From Acidocella sp. (GTDB lineage: Bacteria > Pseudomonadota > Alphaproteobacteria > Acetobacterales > Acetobacteraceae), in contig JAQNCT010000005.1 in assembly GCA_029077825.1 (NCBI GenBank), positions 5,226 through 69,225 on the forward strand: 64,000 bases of DNA, given 5' to 3'. Of the stretch, positions 28,411 through 36,792 are shown one piece after another. Under the pieces are notes generated by a model. The model was not told the origin of the DNA. It made no database searches and was given only the letters and a program-made list of their open reading frames with translations. Each line of letters starts with the position of its first letter. Positions within the stretch are counted from its first letter, which is position 1. The translations under genes and the position numbers were made by a program.

Positions 28411-29159
28411 TAGATTGGTTGTTTGGGAAACAACGGTGATTCACGCAAGCCCCAGCGGGCCAGGCGATAATCGAGCGCGGTTTGCAGCACACCCAAACCA
28501 TACGTCACCGAGCGGGAAAAATTGATCGAGGAGGCTTCATCAAAATAGCGTGTCGGGCATGAGATCTCGCCAATTGGAAAATCAGCGAAGGCGGCCTGGG
28601 CGATCATTTGATTATCGAACACGAAATCATCCGAGCAGAGTGCCAGCGGCAATTTTTCCAGCACACGGCGCGACCAGGCCCGATAGCCGGTGTGATATTC
28701 AGAAAGATTAAGGCCAAGCAACAGGTTTTCAGCAACGGTGAGAAACCGGTTGGCAAGGTATTTATATAGCGGCATGCCGCCCGCAAGGGCACCGTGGCCG
28801 AGAATGCGCGAAGCCAACACAACATCATAATGACGTGACGCCACCATAGAAGCCATGGCCGTGACGAGCTTGGGGGAATATTGATAATCCGGATGCAGCA
28901 TCACCACAATGTCAGCGCCGCGTGCCAATGCTTCGGCGTAGCAGGTTTTCTGGTTGGCGCCGTAGCCTTTGTTGGCATCATGTCGCAGCGTGTGAATGCC
29001 AAGGCTTTGCGAAAGTGCCACGGTTTCATCGTGGCTGGCATCGTCGGTTAAAATCACCTCATCCACAACATCATGCGGAATTTCGGCGTAGGTGCGCTCC
29101 AATGTTTTGGCGGCATTATAGGCGGGCAAAATAACCGTGATGCGCTGGCCAGATATCAC
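28410..29159 (-). CDS. Family 2 glycosyltransferase (soluble; similar to polyprenol-phosphate glycosyltransferases)
   Basis: 249 aa with ITVILPAYNAAKTLE, LTDDASHDET and NKGYGANQK. Confidence 0.8.
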   Translation of the reverse strand: MISGQRITVILPAYNAAKTLERTYAEIPHDVVDEVILTDDASHDETVALSQSLGIHTLRHDANKGYGANQKTCYAEALARGADIVVMLHPDYQYSPKLVTAMASMVASRHYDVVLASRILGHGALAGGMPLYKYLANRFLTVAENLLLGLNLSEYHTGYRAWSRRVLEKLPLALCSDDFVFDNQMIAQAAFADFPIGEISCPTRYFDEASSINFSRSVTYGLGVLQTALDYRLARWGLRESPLFPKQPI

Positions 29160-29164
29160 CCGGT

Positions 29165-29851
29165 TTAGGCGACCCGGCGCAGGCGCTTGATGAAGGCCGA
29201 AACATGATGCCGCCCCATCTCATAACGTGCTTTGTTGCTGGTGGTCATGTAATTCATTTGTACCACATAACGCTGGCCAACAAATGGCTTGTGGCCGTGC
29301 CAGGTGGCCGGGCCGTTCGGGAACACCAGCAACGCGCCATCCGTTGGCGGAACCTCCACCACGTAGTTTTCCAAATCAGTGCCGTTACGCAATAACCGCA
29401 GGCACCCGGCCTGGCTGGTCCAGGGTTTGCCAGAGGCCGGGTCGCTCGGGTTGAGGTATAATAAAATGGTCACCCGCTTGGTCAGCGAATCCCGGTGGAT
29501 TTGCCCGTCTTTTTCACCGGCATTGCCGCGCAAGGTGGACATTACCGGCGCACCCGCCAAATCCAGCCCAAATTTTTCCGCTACAATGGCGCGAAACTCC
29601 GGACCCTCCAGCGCTGTGAACAAAGCCTTCGCCGCCGGGCCAATGCGCACCGCACCAACCGGAAATGACCCTCTGCCCTTCATCACCGGCAACGCGGCCA
29701 CAACCTCACGCAGCGCTTCAGGCTTTACAAACTGCTCCACCAGCACATGCGCAAACGGCTCAGCCGCAACCGACGTTCCCCGTAACTTTCCAAAATCTAA
29801 GGCATCCGTGCTCATACCCGTTGAGGTACGCATAATTTGGGTGTCGGGCAA
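29165..29851 (-). CDS. 2OG-Fe(II) oxygenase superfamily protein
   Basis: 228 aa with a putative HxD...H facial triad (IHRD ... WHGH). It lies 5 nt upstream of the GT2 gene. The exact start is uncertain because several Met codons occur near the N-terminus. Confidence 0.6.
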   Translation of the reverse strand: MPDTQIMRTSTGMSTDALDFGKLRGTSVAAEPFAHVLVEQFVKPEALREVVAALPVMKGRGSFPVGAVRIGPAAKALFTALEGPEFRAIVAEKFGLDLAGAPVMSTLRGNAGEKDGQIHRDSLTKRVTILLYLNPSDPASGKPWTSQAGCLRLLRNGTDLENYVVEVPPTDGALLVFPNGPATWHGHKPFVGQRYVVQMNYMTTSNKARYEMGRHHVSAFIKRLRRVA

Positions 29852-29932
29852 GTAATACCAGGCGGACAGCCTCCTCAGTGTCCTGCCGCGGGATTATTGC
29901 GTTGCACAAGGCCGTGGAGTACGGGCGGTGGA

Positions 29933-31060
29933 ATGGTGGATGTGATTGGCACGTACCGAGAGCGGGTAGCGTCGGGGCAGATTTTGTCTGATCCGGCGCA
30001 GTCCAGTGCGGCTGAGCGTTTGCAGGGTTTGTGGGTGAAGCTGCGCGGCTATGACCCGAAGCCCAAGGAGGCGCCGAACGGCTGGGTTGGGAAGCTGTTA
30101 CGGCGCAAGCAGGTTGACGAGGCGGGCGAGCATCCGAACGGGCTATATTTGGTCGGTGATGTCGGGCGCGGTAAATCCATGTTGATGGATTTATTTTTTG
30201 CGGCGGCGGATGTGCCACGCAAGCGCCGGATTCATTTTCATGAGTTCATGCAGGAGACGCACCGGCGGTTTCATCAGATCAAGCGGGACAACCCGGAGAT
30301 TGATGACCCAATTCCGGCGCTGGCTGACATGATTGCCGGTGAGGCAGCGTTGTTATGCTTTGATGAATTTCAGGTGCATGACATTGTTGATGCGATGATT
30401 TTGGGCCGGCTGTTTGAGGCATTGTTTGCCCGGCTGGTGGTGGTGGTTGCCACCTCGAACACGCTGCCGGATGATTTGTTCAAAGGCAAACCGGGGCGTG
30501 ATGCGTTTTTACCGTTCATTGGGTTTTTGAAGAAAAACCTTGACGTGCTGGTGCTGGATGCGGCGCGCGATTACCGGCGCCAGCGGGTGCATGGGCTGGC
30601 GGCTTGGTACACGCCCATTGGCCGCTGGGCGGATGCGGCAATGCAGCGAGTGTTTGATGAGCTGACCGGTGAGATGCCAGCTCATACGGAAACATTGTTG
30701 ATTTCTGGCCGCACGCTGAGCGTGCCGCTGGCGGCCAATGGGGTGGCCTGGTTTGACTTTCATGCGTTATGTGGGGTGGCGCTGGGGGCGGGGGATTATC
30801 TGGCGCTGGCGACGCATTATCATACAGTTTTGATTGACGGGATTCCGCTGCTGTCGCCGGATAATTTTGATGAAGCCCGCCGCTTTGTCACGCTGATTGA
30901 TGCGCTGTATGAGCATCGGGTGAAGTTGTATGTATCAGCGGCAGCACTCCCGGATGATTTATACCGCAAGGGCGAGGGTGCTAGGATATTTGAGCGCACG
31001 GCATCGCGGCTGGAAGAGATGCAAAGTGAGGCCTATCTCACGCTGCCGCATTTAACCTGA
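29933..31060 (+). CDS. zapE: Cell division protein ZapE (AFG1-like ATPase)
   Basis: Walker A GDVGRGKSMLMDLF and Walker B LLCFDEFQVHD. I moved the start to ATG 29933 (MVDVIGTYRE...). Confidence 0.88.
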   Translation: MVDVIGTYRERVASGQILSDPAQSSAAERLQGLWVKLRGYDPKPKEAPNGWVGKLLRRKQVDEAGEHPNGLYLVGDVGRGKSMLMDLFFAAADVPRKRRIHFHEFMQETHRRFHQIKRDNPEIDDPIPALADMIAGEAALLCFDEFQVHDIVDAMILGRLFEALFARLVVVVATSNTLPDDLFKGKPGRDAFLPFIGFLKKNLDVLVLDAARDYRRQRVHGLAAWYTPIGRWADAAMQRVFDELTGEMPAHTETLLISGRTLSVPLAANGVAWFDFHALCGVALGAGDYLALATHYHTVLIDGIPLLSPDNFDEARRFVTLIDALYEHRVKLYVSAAALPDDLYRKGEGARIFERTASRLEEMQSEAYLTLPHLT

Positions 31061-31090
31061 GGCTGCGCAAAGAGGGTGAAGCCGGGGTGA

Positions 31091-31696
31091 TTACTCGGTG
31101 ATGCCGCCGCTGCCCATACCATCGGTGCAGGGGGTGCCGGGCGGCAGCGGGGTAACACCGGCGACATGGGCAAAGCTCTGGATCTGGCCGGCTTTGTCAC
31201 CCACCACATAGTGACAGGAGAGGCCAACACCGGAAGACAACGGGGCTGAAACATTATCATTCAATGGGTTAATGGTGCTGAATGCGACGGGGTGGAAAAA
31301 ATCAGCGATGGAAACGCCGTAATCGCCCATCCGGTCCGAGCAGGGGGCGCCAACTGGCAGCGGCCGCACGTTAGGAATGCCCACAAAACTTTGAATGTAA
31401 CCAGCTTTGCGGCCAGTGATGTATTCACAGGTGAGCGAGGTGCCAGGCGTCAACGGTACGGTGGAAGCCGCAACGATAACACCATGGGAGCTGTTACCAT
31501 CCGCGCAGGGAGAACCCAACGCAAAAGAGGGTCTGTGGTTTAACATTGTATAGTCCACCATCTGTCCAATTAACGGGCCGCTAAAAAAGCTGCATACCAG
31601 TGAGGGCTGCGAAGCGGCGGCGGGTGGTGCACCGACCAATAAATCAGCACCAACAAGTAGGCCAAAAACTGCAAAAACATAGAAAATACGGCGCAT
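31091..31696 (-). CDS. Secreted hypothetical protein with three tandem repeats of about 45 aa, each C-x28-C
   Basis: Signal peptide MRRIFYVFAVFGLLVGADLLVGAPPAAA. Cys residues fall at positions 35/64, 90/119 and 161/190. The repeat core is C-x-[FY]-x-x-G-x-x-x-G-x-x-x-x-[FY]...P-x-G-x-P-C-x-D. Confidence 0.6.
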   Translation of the reverse strand: MRRIFYVFAVFGLLVGADLLVGAPPAAASQPSLVCSFFSGPLIGQMVDYTMLNHRPSFALGSPCADGNSSHGVIVAASTVPLTPGTSLTCEYITGRKAGYIQSFVGIPNVRPLPVGAPCSDRMGDYGVSIADFFHPVAFSTINPLNDNVSAPLSSGVGLSCHYVVGDKAGQIQSFAHVAGVTPLPPGTPCTDGMGSGGITE

Positions 31697-31870
31697 TCTG
31701 GAGTCCCATCAATTGTCGGCATTATTACGGTGGCAGGTTGGTTGTTGATACCGAATGAAGCGGTTTCATTCAAGCGCGATGCCAGCGGCGCACAAATAAT
31801 TGTTCGGCGCTGCTGCGCCGCGGCAAGCCCCGCTTGCTTGAGGGCCGGGGCCGCGATAGCGTGAATCCCA

Positions 31871-32332
31871 TTGGAGATCTTCTTGCCGCAATTATCGCTT
31901 CATTCGCCGGTTGGTGACCTGACCATCTCTGAGGAGGCGGGGGAAATTGTGTCGCTGGATTGGGGTTGGGGGCGCGACCAGGAAGCCACCGCGTTATTGA
32001 AGCGGGCCAAATCCGCGCTCGATGATTATTTTGACGGAAAGCCCTTGGCCCCCGATTTGCCGCTGGCACCGCACGGCACGCCGTACCGGTTGAAAGTGTG
32101 GCAGGCTCTCGTTGAGATACCGGCGGGGGAAACCCGCAGCTATATCGACATTGCGCGGGTGGCTGGTGGGTCGGCCCGTTCGGTCGGTGGGGCCAATGCG
32201 GCCAACCCGATCCCGATATTTATTCCCTGCCACCGGGTGGTGGCAACCAACGGCCTGGGCGGCTATTCCGGCGGCGAGGGGCTGGAAACCAAGCTCTGGC
32301 TGCTGGAATTGGAACGCGGCGGCAAAACTTGA
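31871..32332 (+). CDS. ogt: Methylated-DNA--protein-cysteine methyltransferase
   Basis: 153 aa with the active-site motif IPCHRVV and the downstream LLELE motif. The start codon is TTG. Confidence 0.88.
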   Translation: MEIFLPQLSLHSPVGDLTISEEAGEIVSLDWGWGRDQEATALLKRAKSALDDYFDGKPLAPDLPLAPHGTPYRLKVWQALVEIPAGETRSYIDIARVAGGSARSVGGANAANPIPIFIPCHRVVATNGLGGYSGGEGLETKLWLLELERGGKT

Positions 32333-32349
32333 AACTTTGGAGCAGATGA

Positions 32350-33321
32350 ATGTCTAAGGCGATCCGAATGCACGAGGTCGGCGGCCCCGGCGTGTTGATG
32401 TGGGAAAGCGTGCCAACTCCGCAGCCCGGACCAACCGAAGCGCTGGTGCGCCATGAAGCGGTGGGGCTGAATTATATTGATGTGTATTTCCGCACCGGGC
32501 TTTATAAAACCGCCCTGCCCGCTACCCCAGGCCTGGAAGGTGCCGGGGTGGTGCTGGCGGTAGGCGCTGAGGTGCGAGACCTCACGGTGGGTGACCGGGT
32601 GGCCTACCAGGGCGGGCCACTAGGTGCTTACGCCACGGAACGCGTGATCCCGGCGGACCGGCTGGTGAAGCTGCCGGACGGCATCGATTTCAACACCGGG
32701 GCGGCGATGATGCTGCAAGGCATGACCGCCGAATATTTGTTACTGCGCACCTTCAAGGTGCAAAAAGGCCAGACCATTCTGGTGCATGCCGCCGCCGGTG
32801 GGGTGGGGTTGATTTTGTGCCAATGGGCCAAGCATCTGGGTGCCAATGTCATCGGCGTGGTCTCAACGCCTGATAAAGCTGAGCTGGCGAAAGCCCATGG
32901 CGCGCATCATGTCATCATCGGCCATGCCAATTTGGTGGCAGAGGTAAAGCGCATCACTGAGGGCGCGATGGTGCCGGTGGTGTATGACGCTGTCGGCAAG
33001 GATACGTTTATGGCCAGCATCGATTGTTTGGCCCCGCTTGGCATGATGGTAACTTATGGCAGCGCCTCCGGCCCGGTGCCGCCTGTGGATACCGCGATGC
33101 TGGCGGCCAAAGGCAGCTTATTCCTCACCAGGCCCACATTGGCCACCTACACGGCCTCGCGCGCTGATATCGTAAAATCCGCCAATGCCTTGTTTGACGT
33201 GGTGGCCTCAGGTGCCGTGAAAATCAGAGTTAACCAGACCTTCCCGCTCTCTGAAGCAGCCGCCGCTCATCGGGCTTTAGAGGCGCGGCAGACAACGGGT
33301 AGTACCGTTTTAATTCCGTAA
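32350..33321 (+). CDS. qor: NADPH:quinone oxidoreductase (zeta-crystallin/MDR family)
   Basis: 323 aa with HEAVGLNYIDVYFRTGLY and the AAAGGVG nucleotide-binding motif. Confidence 0.85.
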   Translation: MSKAIRMHEVGGPGVLMWESVPTPQPGPTEALVRHEAVGLNYIDVYFRTGLYKTALPATPGLEGAGVVLAVGAEVRDLTVGDRVAYQGGPLGAYATERVIPADRLVKLPDGIDFNTGAAMMLQGMTAEYLLLRTFKVQKGQTILVHAAAGGVGLILCQWAKHLGANVIGVVSTPDKAELAKAHGAHHVIIGHANLVAEVKRITEGAMVPVVYDAVGKDTFMASIDCLAPLGMMVTYGSASGPVPPVDTAMLAAKGSLFLTRPTLATYTASRADIVKSANALFDVVASGAVKIRVNQTFPLSEAAAAHRALEARQTTGSTVLIP

Positions 33322-33330
33322 ACAACGCCG

Positions 33331-33930
33331 ATGCGCGGGCTTCGGCTGGTGGCGGTCAACGCGCTGATCTGCGTTATTTTATGTGGGCTGTGCATCGGTT
33401 ATGTGGACGCACCCGTCGCCTGGTTCGTGCACCAAACCATCACCAACCCCTTGGCCTTTCAAATCATGGCGGCACCCTCACTGCTGGCGCTGCCGCTCGC
33501 GCTGGTCTTTCTCATCGCCGCCGCCCTTAACCATGCCGCCGGTAAGCCTGAACTGCCGCACCATGGCTTGCTGCTGCGCCTTAGCCTCGCCACCCTGGCC
33601 GCCACCACGGCCAAAGATGAACTGAAATGGGTGATCGGACGCTCCTGGCCCGGCGCGTTGATCAACCACGGTATCTACGGCTTCGCACCATTCACTGACA
33701 GCCCCTATTACGGCAGCTTTCCCTCCGGCCATACCTCCTACATCGCCGCTCCACTGCTGATGTTCGCCATCCTCAAGCCAAAATACACCCCCATCAGCCT
33801 CGTCATCATCGCCCTCGTCATGGTCGGCCTCGTCGGTGGCGGATACCATTACCCAGCTGACACCATCGCCGGCCTGTTCACCGGCCTCGCCAGCGCCGCC
33901 GGGGTTGGGGTGTTGATGCGCGGGCGTTAA
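33331..33930 (+). CDS. PAP2-family membrane phosphatase
   Basis: 199 aa with KDELKW...SFPSGHTS...YHYPADT, the three PAP2 signature blocks. Confidence 0.75.
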   Translation: MRGLRLVAVNALICVILCGLCIGYVDAPVAWFVHQTITNPLAFQIMAAPSLLALPLALVFLIAAALNHAAGKPELPHHGLLLRLSLATLAATTAKDELKWVIGRSWPGALINHGIYGFAPFTDSPYYGSFPSGHTSYIAAPLLMFAILKPKYTPISLVIIALVMVGLVGGGYHYPADTIAGLFTGLASAAGVGVLMRGR

Positions 33931-33997
33931 GGCAAGAGCGTCCTGGCCTTGCTTGCCACCGCCTCGCCCCCCCGGCATCGTGGCGGCGGGGGTGGGT

Positions 33998-35251
33998 ATG
34001 TGGCGGTTGTTGGGGTTACGGCGGTTTGGGGCGTTGTTTGTGACGCAGGCGCTCGGCGCGGTGAATGATAATTTGTTCAAAAACGCGCTGGTGGTGCTGG
34101 CGCTGTACCGCCTGGCGCATGTGGGTCCGCTGGTGGTGGCGTTGGCCGGCGGGATTTTTATTTTGCCCTATGCGTTGTTTTCCACGCTGGCGGGCCAGGT
34201 GGCGGACAAGTTTGAGAAATCGCGCGTGGTGCGGTTTACCAAGTGGTGGGAGCTTGGGTTGATGCTGCTGGCGGCAGTGGGTTTTTTGAGCGGCAGTATT
34301 GTAGCCCTGCTGCTGGTGTTGTTTGGGCTGGGGGTGCAGGCGGCGTTTTTCTCGCCGGTGAAGTACGGGATTTTGCCGGATTTATTAAGCGAGCCGGAGC
34401 TGGTGGGCGGCAATGGGCTGATCGAGGCCGGGACGTTTTTGGGGATTTTGGCGGGCACTGTGGCCGGCGGTGTGCTGGTGGTGCTGCCGCAGGGGCCGGT
34501 GTTAGCGGCGGGGTTGTGCATTCTGGTGGCGCTGGCAGGGGTGGTGGCGGCGTATTTCGTGCCGAAGGTGGCGGTGGCGGCACCAGGGTTGCGGCTGGAG
34601 TGGAATATTTTTCGGGCGACCCAGGAACTGGTGGCGGAGGCGCGGGCCAACCGGCCGGTGTGGCTGGCGATTTTGGGGATCAGCTGGTTCTGGGCGATGG
34701 GGGCGACCGTGCTGGCTGAGTTGCCGACCGTGGTGCGCGATAATCTCAGCGGTTCAGGGCCGGTGGTAACGTTGCTGTTGCTGGTGTTTTCAGCAGGCGT
34801 TGGCATTGGCTCGCTGCTCTGCGGCGGGCTGCTGCGCGGCGGCGTTGCGGTGCGGCTGGTGCCGTGGATGGGGCTGGGAATTTCGGTATTTATGCTGGCG
34901 TTTGCGTACCAGGCAGCGGCGGCAGGGGTACTCCCGGGCGTAGCTGCGGTGCTCGCCAGTAGCAATGGACGTTTGATGTTGCTGGAATTGCTGGGGTTGG
35001 CGGCGTGCGGCGGGGTCTTTTCGGTACCGTTATATGTGGTCTGCCAGGAATACGCAGAACCCTCGCATCGTTCGCGGATGATTGCGGCGAATAATATTTT
35101 GAATGCGGCGGCGATGGTGGGTGCGGCTTTGGTGTCGGCTGGGTTATTTGCGGCACTGCGGTCAGCGCCGCTGATTTTGGCGGTGACGGCTGGGTTGAAC
35201 CTGCTGGTAGCAGGTATTTTGGCGAAGCTATTGAAAAATTGGCATTCGTAA
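33998..35251 (+). CDS. MFS transporter (LplT-like)
   Basis: 12-TM profile. I prefer the start at ATG 33998 (MWRLLGLRRFGALFVTQALGAVNDNLFKNA). Confidence 0.75.
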   Translation: MWRLLGLRRFGALFVTQALGAVNDNLFKNALVVLALYRLAHVGPLVVALAGGIFILPYALFSTLAGQVADKFEKSRVVRFTKWWELGLMLLAAVGFLSGSIVALLLVLFGLGVQAAFFSPVKYGILPDLLSEPELVGGNGLIEAGTFLGILAGTVAGGVLVVLPQGPVLAAGLCILVALAGVVAAYFVPKVAVAAPGLRLEWNIFRATQELVAEARANRPVWLAILGISWFWAMGATVLAELPTVVRDNLSGSGPVVTLLLLVFSAGVGIGSLLCGGLLRGGVAVRLVPWMGLGISVFMLAFAYQAAAAGVLPGVAAVLASSNGRLMLLELLGLAACGGVFSVPLYVVCQEYAEPSHRSRMIAANNILNAAAMVGAALVSAGLFAALRSAPLILAVTAGLNLLVAGILAKLLKNWHS

Positions 35252-35286
35252 TGCGGAAAAAGTTGTTTCCAAGCGGTTAAGCCCCT

Positions 35287-36234
35287 GTGCGGCTGCAACA
35301 AATGCGCCTACACAAATACTTACGGTCATTTTTTTGGAGAATTGTGCCGGTGCTCAGGCTATCGGTCCCGCTTAGACAGGCTCTATCCCGGCTGACGCTT
35401 CCGGTGATGCTGGTGCTGTCTCTGGGGGCCGTGCTGATTGGCCGTGCTGACCAGGGTCTGGCTGACCGGTTGCGGGGGGCCTTGGATGATGTTCTAGCCC
35501 CGGCTTATGCGCTGGTGAGCGCGCCGGTGGTAGCGCTTGAGCATGGCAGCGGCGCCATTGGGCAATTATTCAGCCTGGAAGCACAGAACCAGCAATTGCG
35601 GGCGGAAAATGCCAAGCTGTTGCAATGGCAGTCAGTGGCGATGGCGCTAGCGGCGCAGAATGACGCGTTGAAAACCGCGCTAAATTATGTCCCGACCCCA
35701 ACGCCAGAGTTTTTCACCGCCCATGTGGTGGCGGATTTAGGGGGGGTTTATGCGCGCTCGGTGCTGGTGTCCTTGCCGCCGAGCATGATCCAGGACAGCG
35801 GCAAGCTGGTGGGCGCGATTGCGATGGATGGCCGCGGCGTGGCCGGGCGGGTGGTGGAAGCGGGGGGCCGCAGCGCGCGGGTGCTGCTGATCACCGATTT
35901 GAACAGCCGGATTCCGGTGGCGCTGGGCGTGCATGGTCTGTCGGCGTTGATGGCCGGAACCAATGGGGCTGACCCCTCGTTGTTGTATTGGGCGCCTGGC
36001 AAGCCGCCGGCAGAGGGTGATATGGTACTGACCAGCGCCGAGGGCGGGGCATTCCCGCCTGGCTTACCGGTGGGGGTGGTGCATTATGATGCCCAGAACG
36101 ACCCGGTGGTGCTGCCGTTGGCTGACATTGACGGGCTGCGTCTGCTGTGGCTGTTTTGTTATCCCAGCAATCAGCCGGTGCTGGCGCCTGAGCATGACGT
36201 GCCGAAAGTGGCGAAACCGCACAGGAGACATTGA
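35287..36234 (+). CDS. mreC: Rod shape-determining protein MreC
   Basis: N-terminal TM segment, a coiled-coil segment (LEAQNQQLRAENAKLLQW) and C-terminal beta domains. Synteny is with mreD-mrdA-rodA. The start may be ATG 35302. Confidence 0.85.
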   Translation: MRLQQMRLHKYLRSFFWRIVPVLRLSVPLRQALSRLTLPVMLVLSLGAVLIGRADQGLADRLRGALDDVLAPAYALVSAPVVALEHGSGAIGQLFSLEAQNQQLRAENAKLLQWQSVAMALAAQNDALKTALNYVPTPTPEFFTAHVVADLGGVYARSVLVSLPPSMIQDSGKLVGAIAMDGRGVAGRVVEAGGRSARVLLITDLNSRIPVALGVHGLSALMAGTNGADPSLLYWAPGKPPAEGDMVLTSAEGGAFPPGLPVGVVHYDAQNDPVVLPLADIDGLRLLWLFCYPSNQPVLAPEHDVPKVAKPHRRH

Positions 36235-36782
36235 GCGTGGCGCGCAGGGCGAGTGTGCGGCGGGAGATGAATGTCTGGCGGCGGCTGGATATGGCGTCGC
36301 GCTATGCGTGGCCGGCGGCGCTTACGGTGTTTGGGCTGCTGATCATTGGTGTGCCGCTGGGCTTGCCGGGGCTGGCGGCGTTGCGTCCAGCTTATATCAT
36401 GGCCTGCGTGTATTTTTGGTCGCTGTACCGGCCAAGTTCATTGCCAGCCCCGGTGGTGGCGCTGGCCGGGCTGCTGCTGGATTTGCTCGGCATGTCACCG
36501 TTGGGGATGTGGGCGGTACTGCTGCTGCTGCTGCAGGGCGCAACATTGCTGGCCCGGCGGCGCTTGATCGGGTTAAGTTTTCTGCAGAATTGGCTGGTTT
36601 TCAGCGGCTTTGCCGCGATGGTATCGCTGCTGGCCTGGGCGTTGCAATCGCTGCTGGATTTGCAGGCCTTGCCGCTGTTGCCACTGGCGGTGCAGATTTT
36701 TGTAGCTCTAGGGGTTTACCCGCTGCTGGCATGGATGTTCATTAAGGCGCACCGCGGGGCCGCGGCCGTGGAGCTGGCGTGA
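36231..36782 (+). CDS. mreD: Rod shape-determining protein MreD
   Basis: 183 aa polytopic membrane protein in the expected position between mreC and mrdA. Confidence 0.75.
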   Translation: MSVARRASVRREMNVWRRLDMASRYAWPAALTVFGLLIIGVPLGLPGLAALRPAYIMACVYFWSLYRPSSLPAPVVALAGLLLDLLGMSPLGMWAVLLLLLQGATLLARRRLIGLSFLQNWLVFSGFAAMVSLLAWALQSLLDLQALPLLPLAVQIFVALGVYPLLAWMFIKAHRGAAAVELA

Positions 36783-36792
36783 GGGTTAGGCT

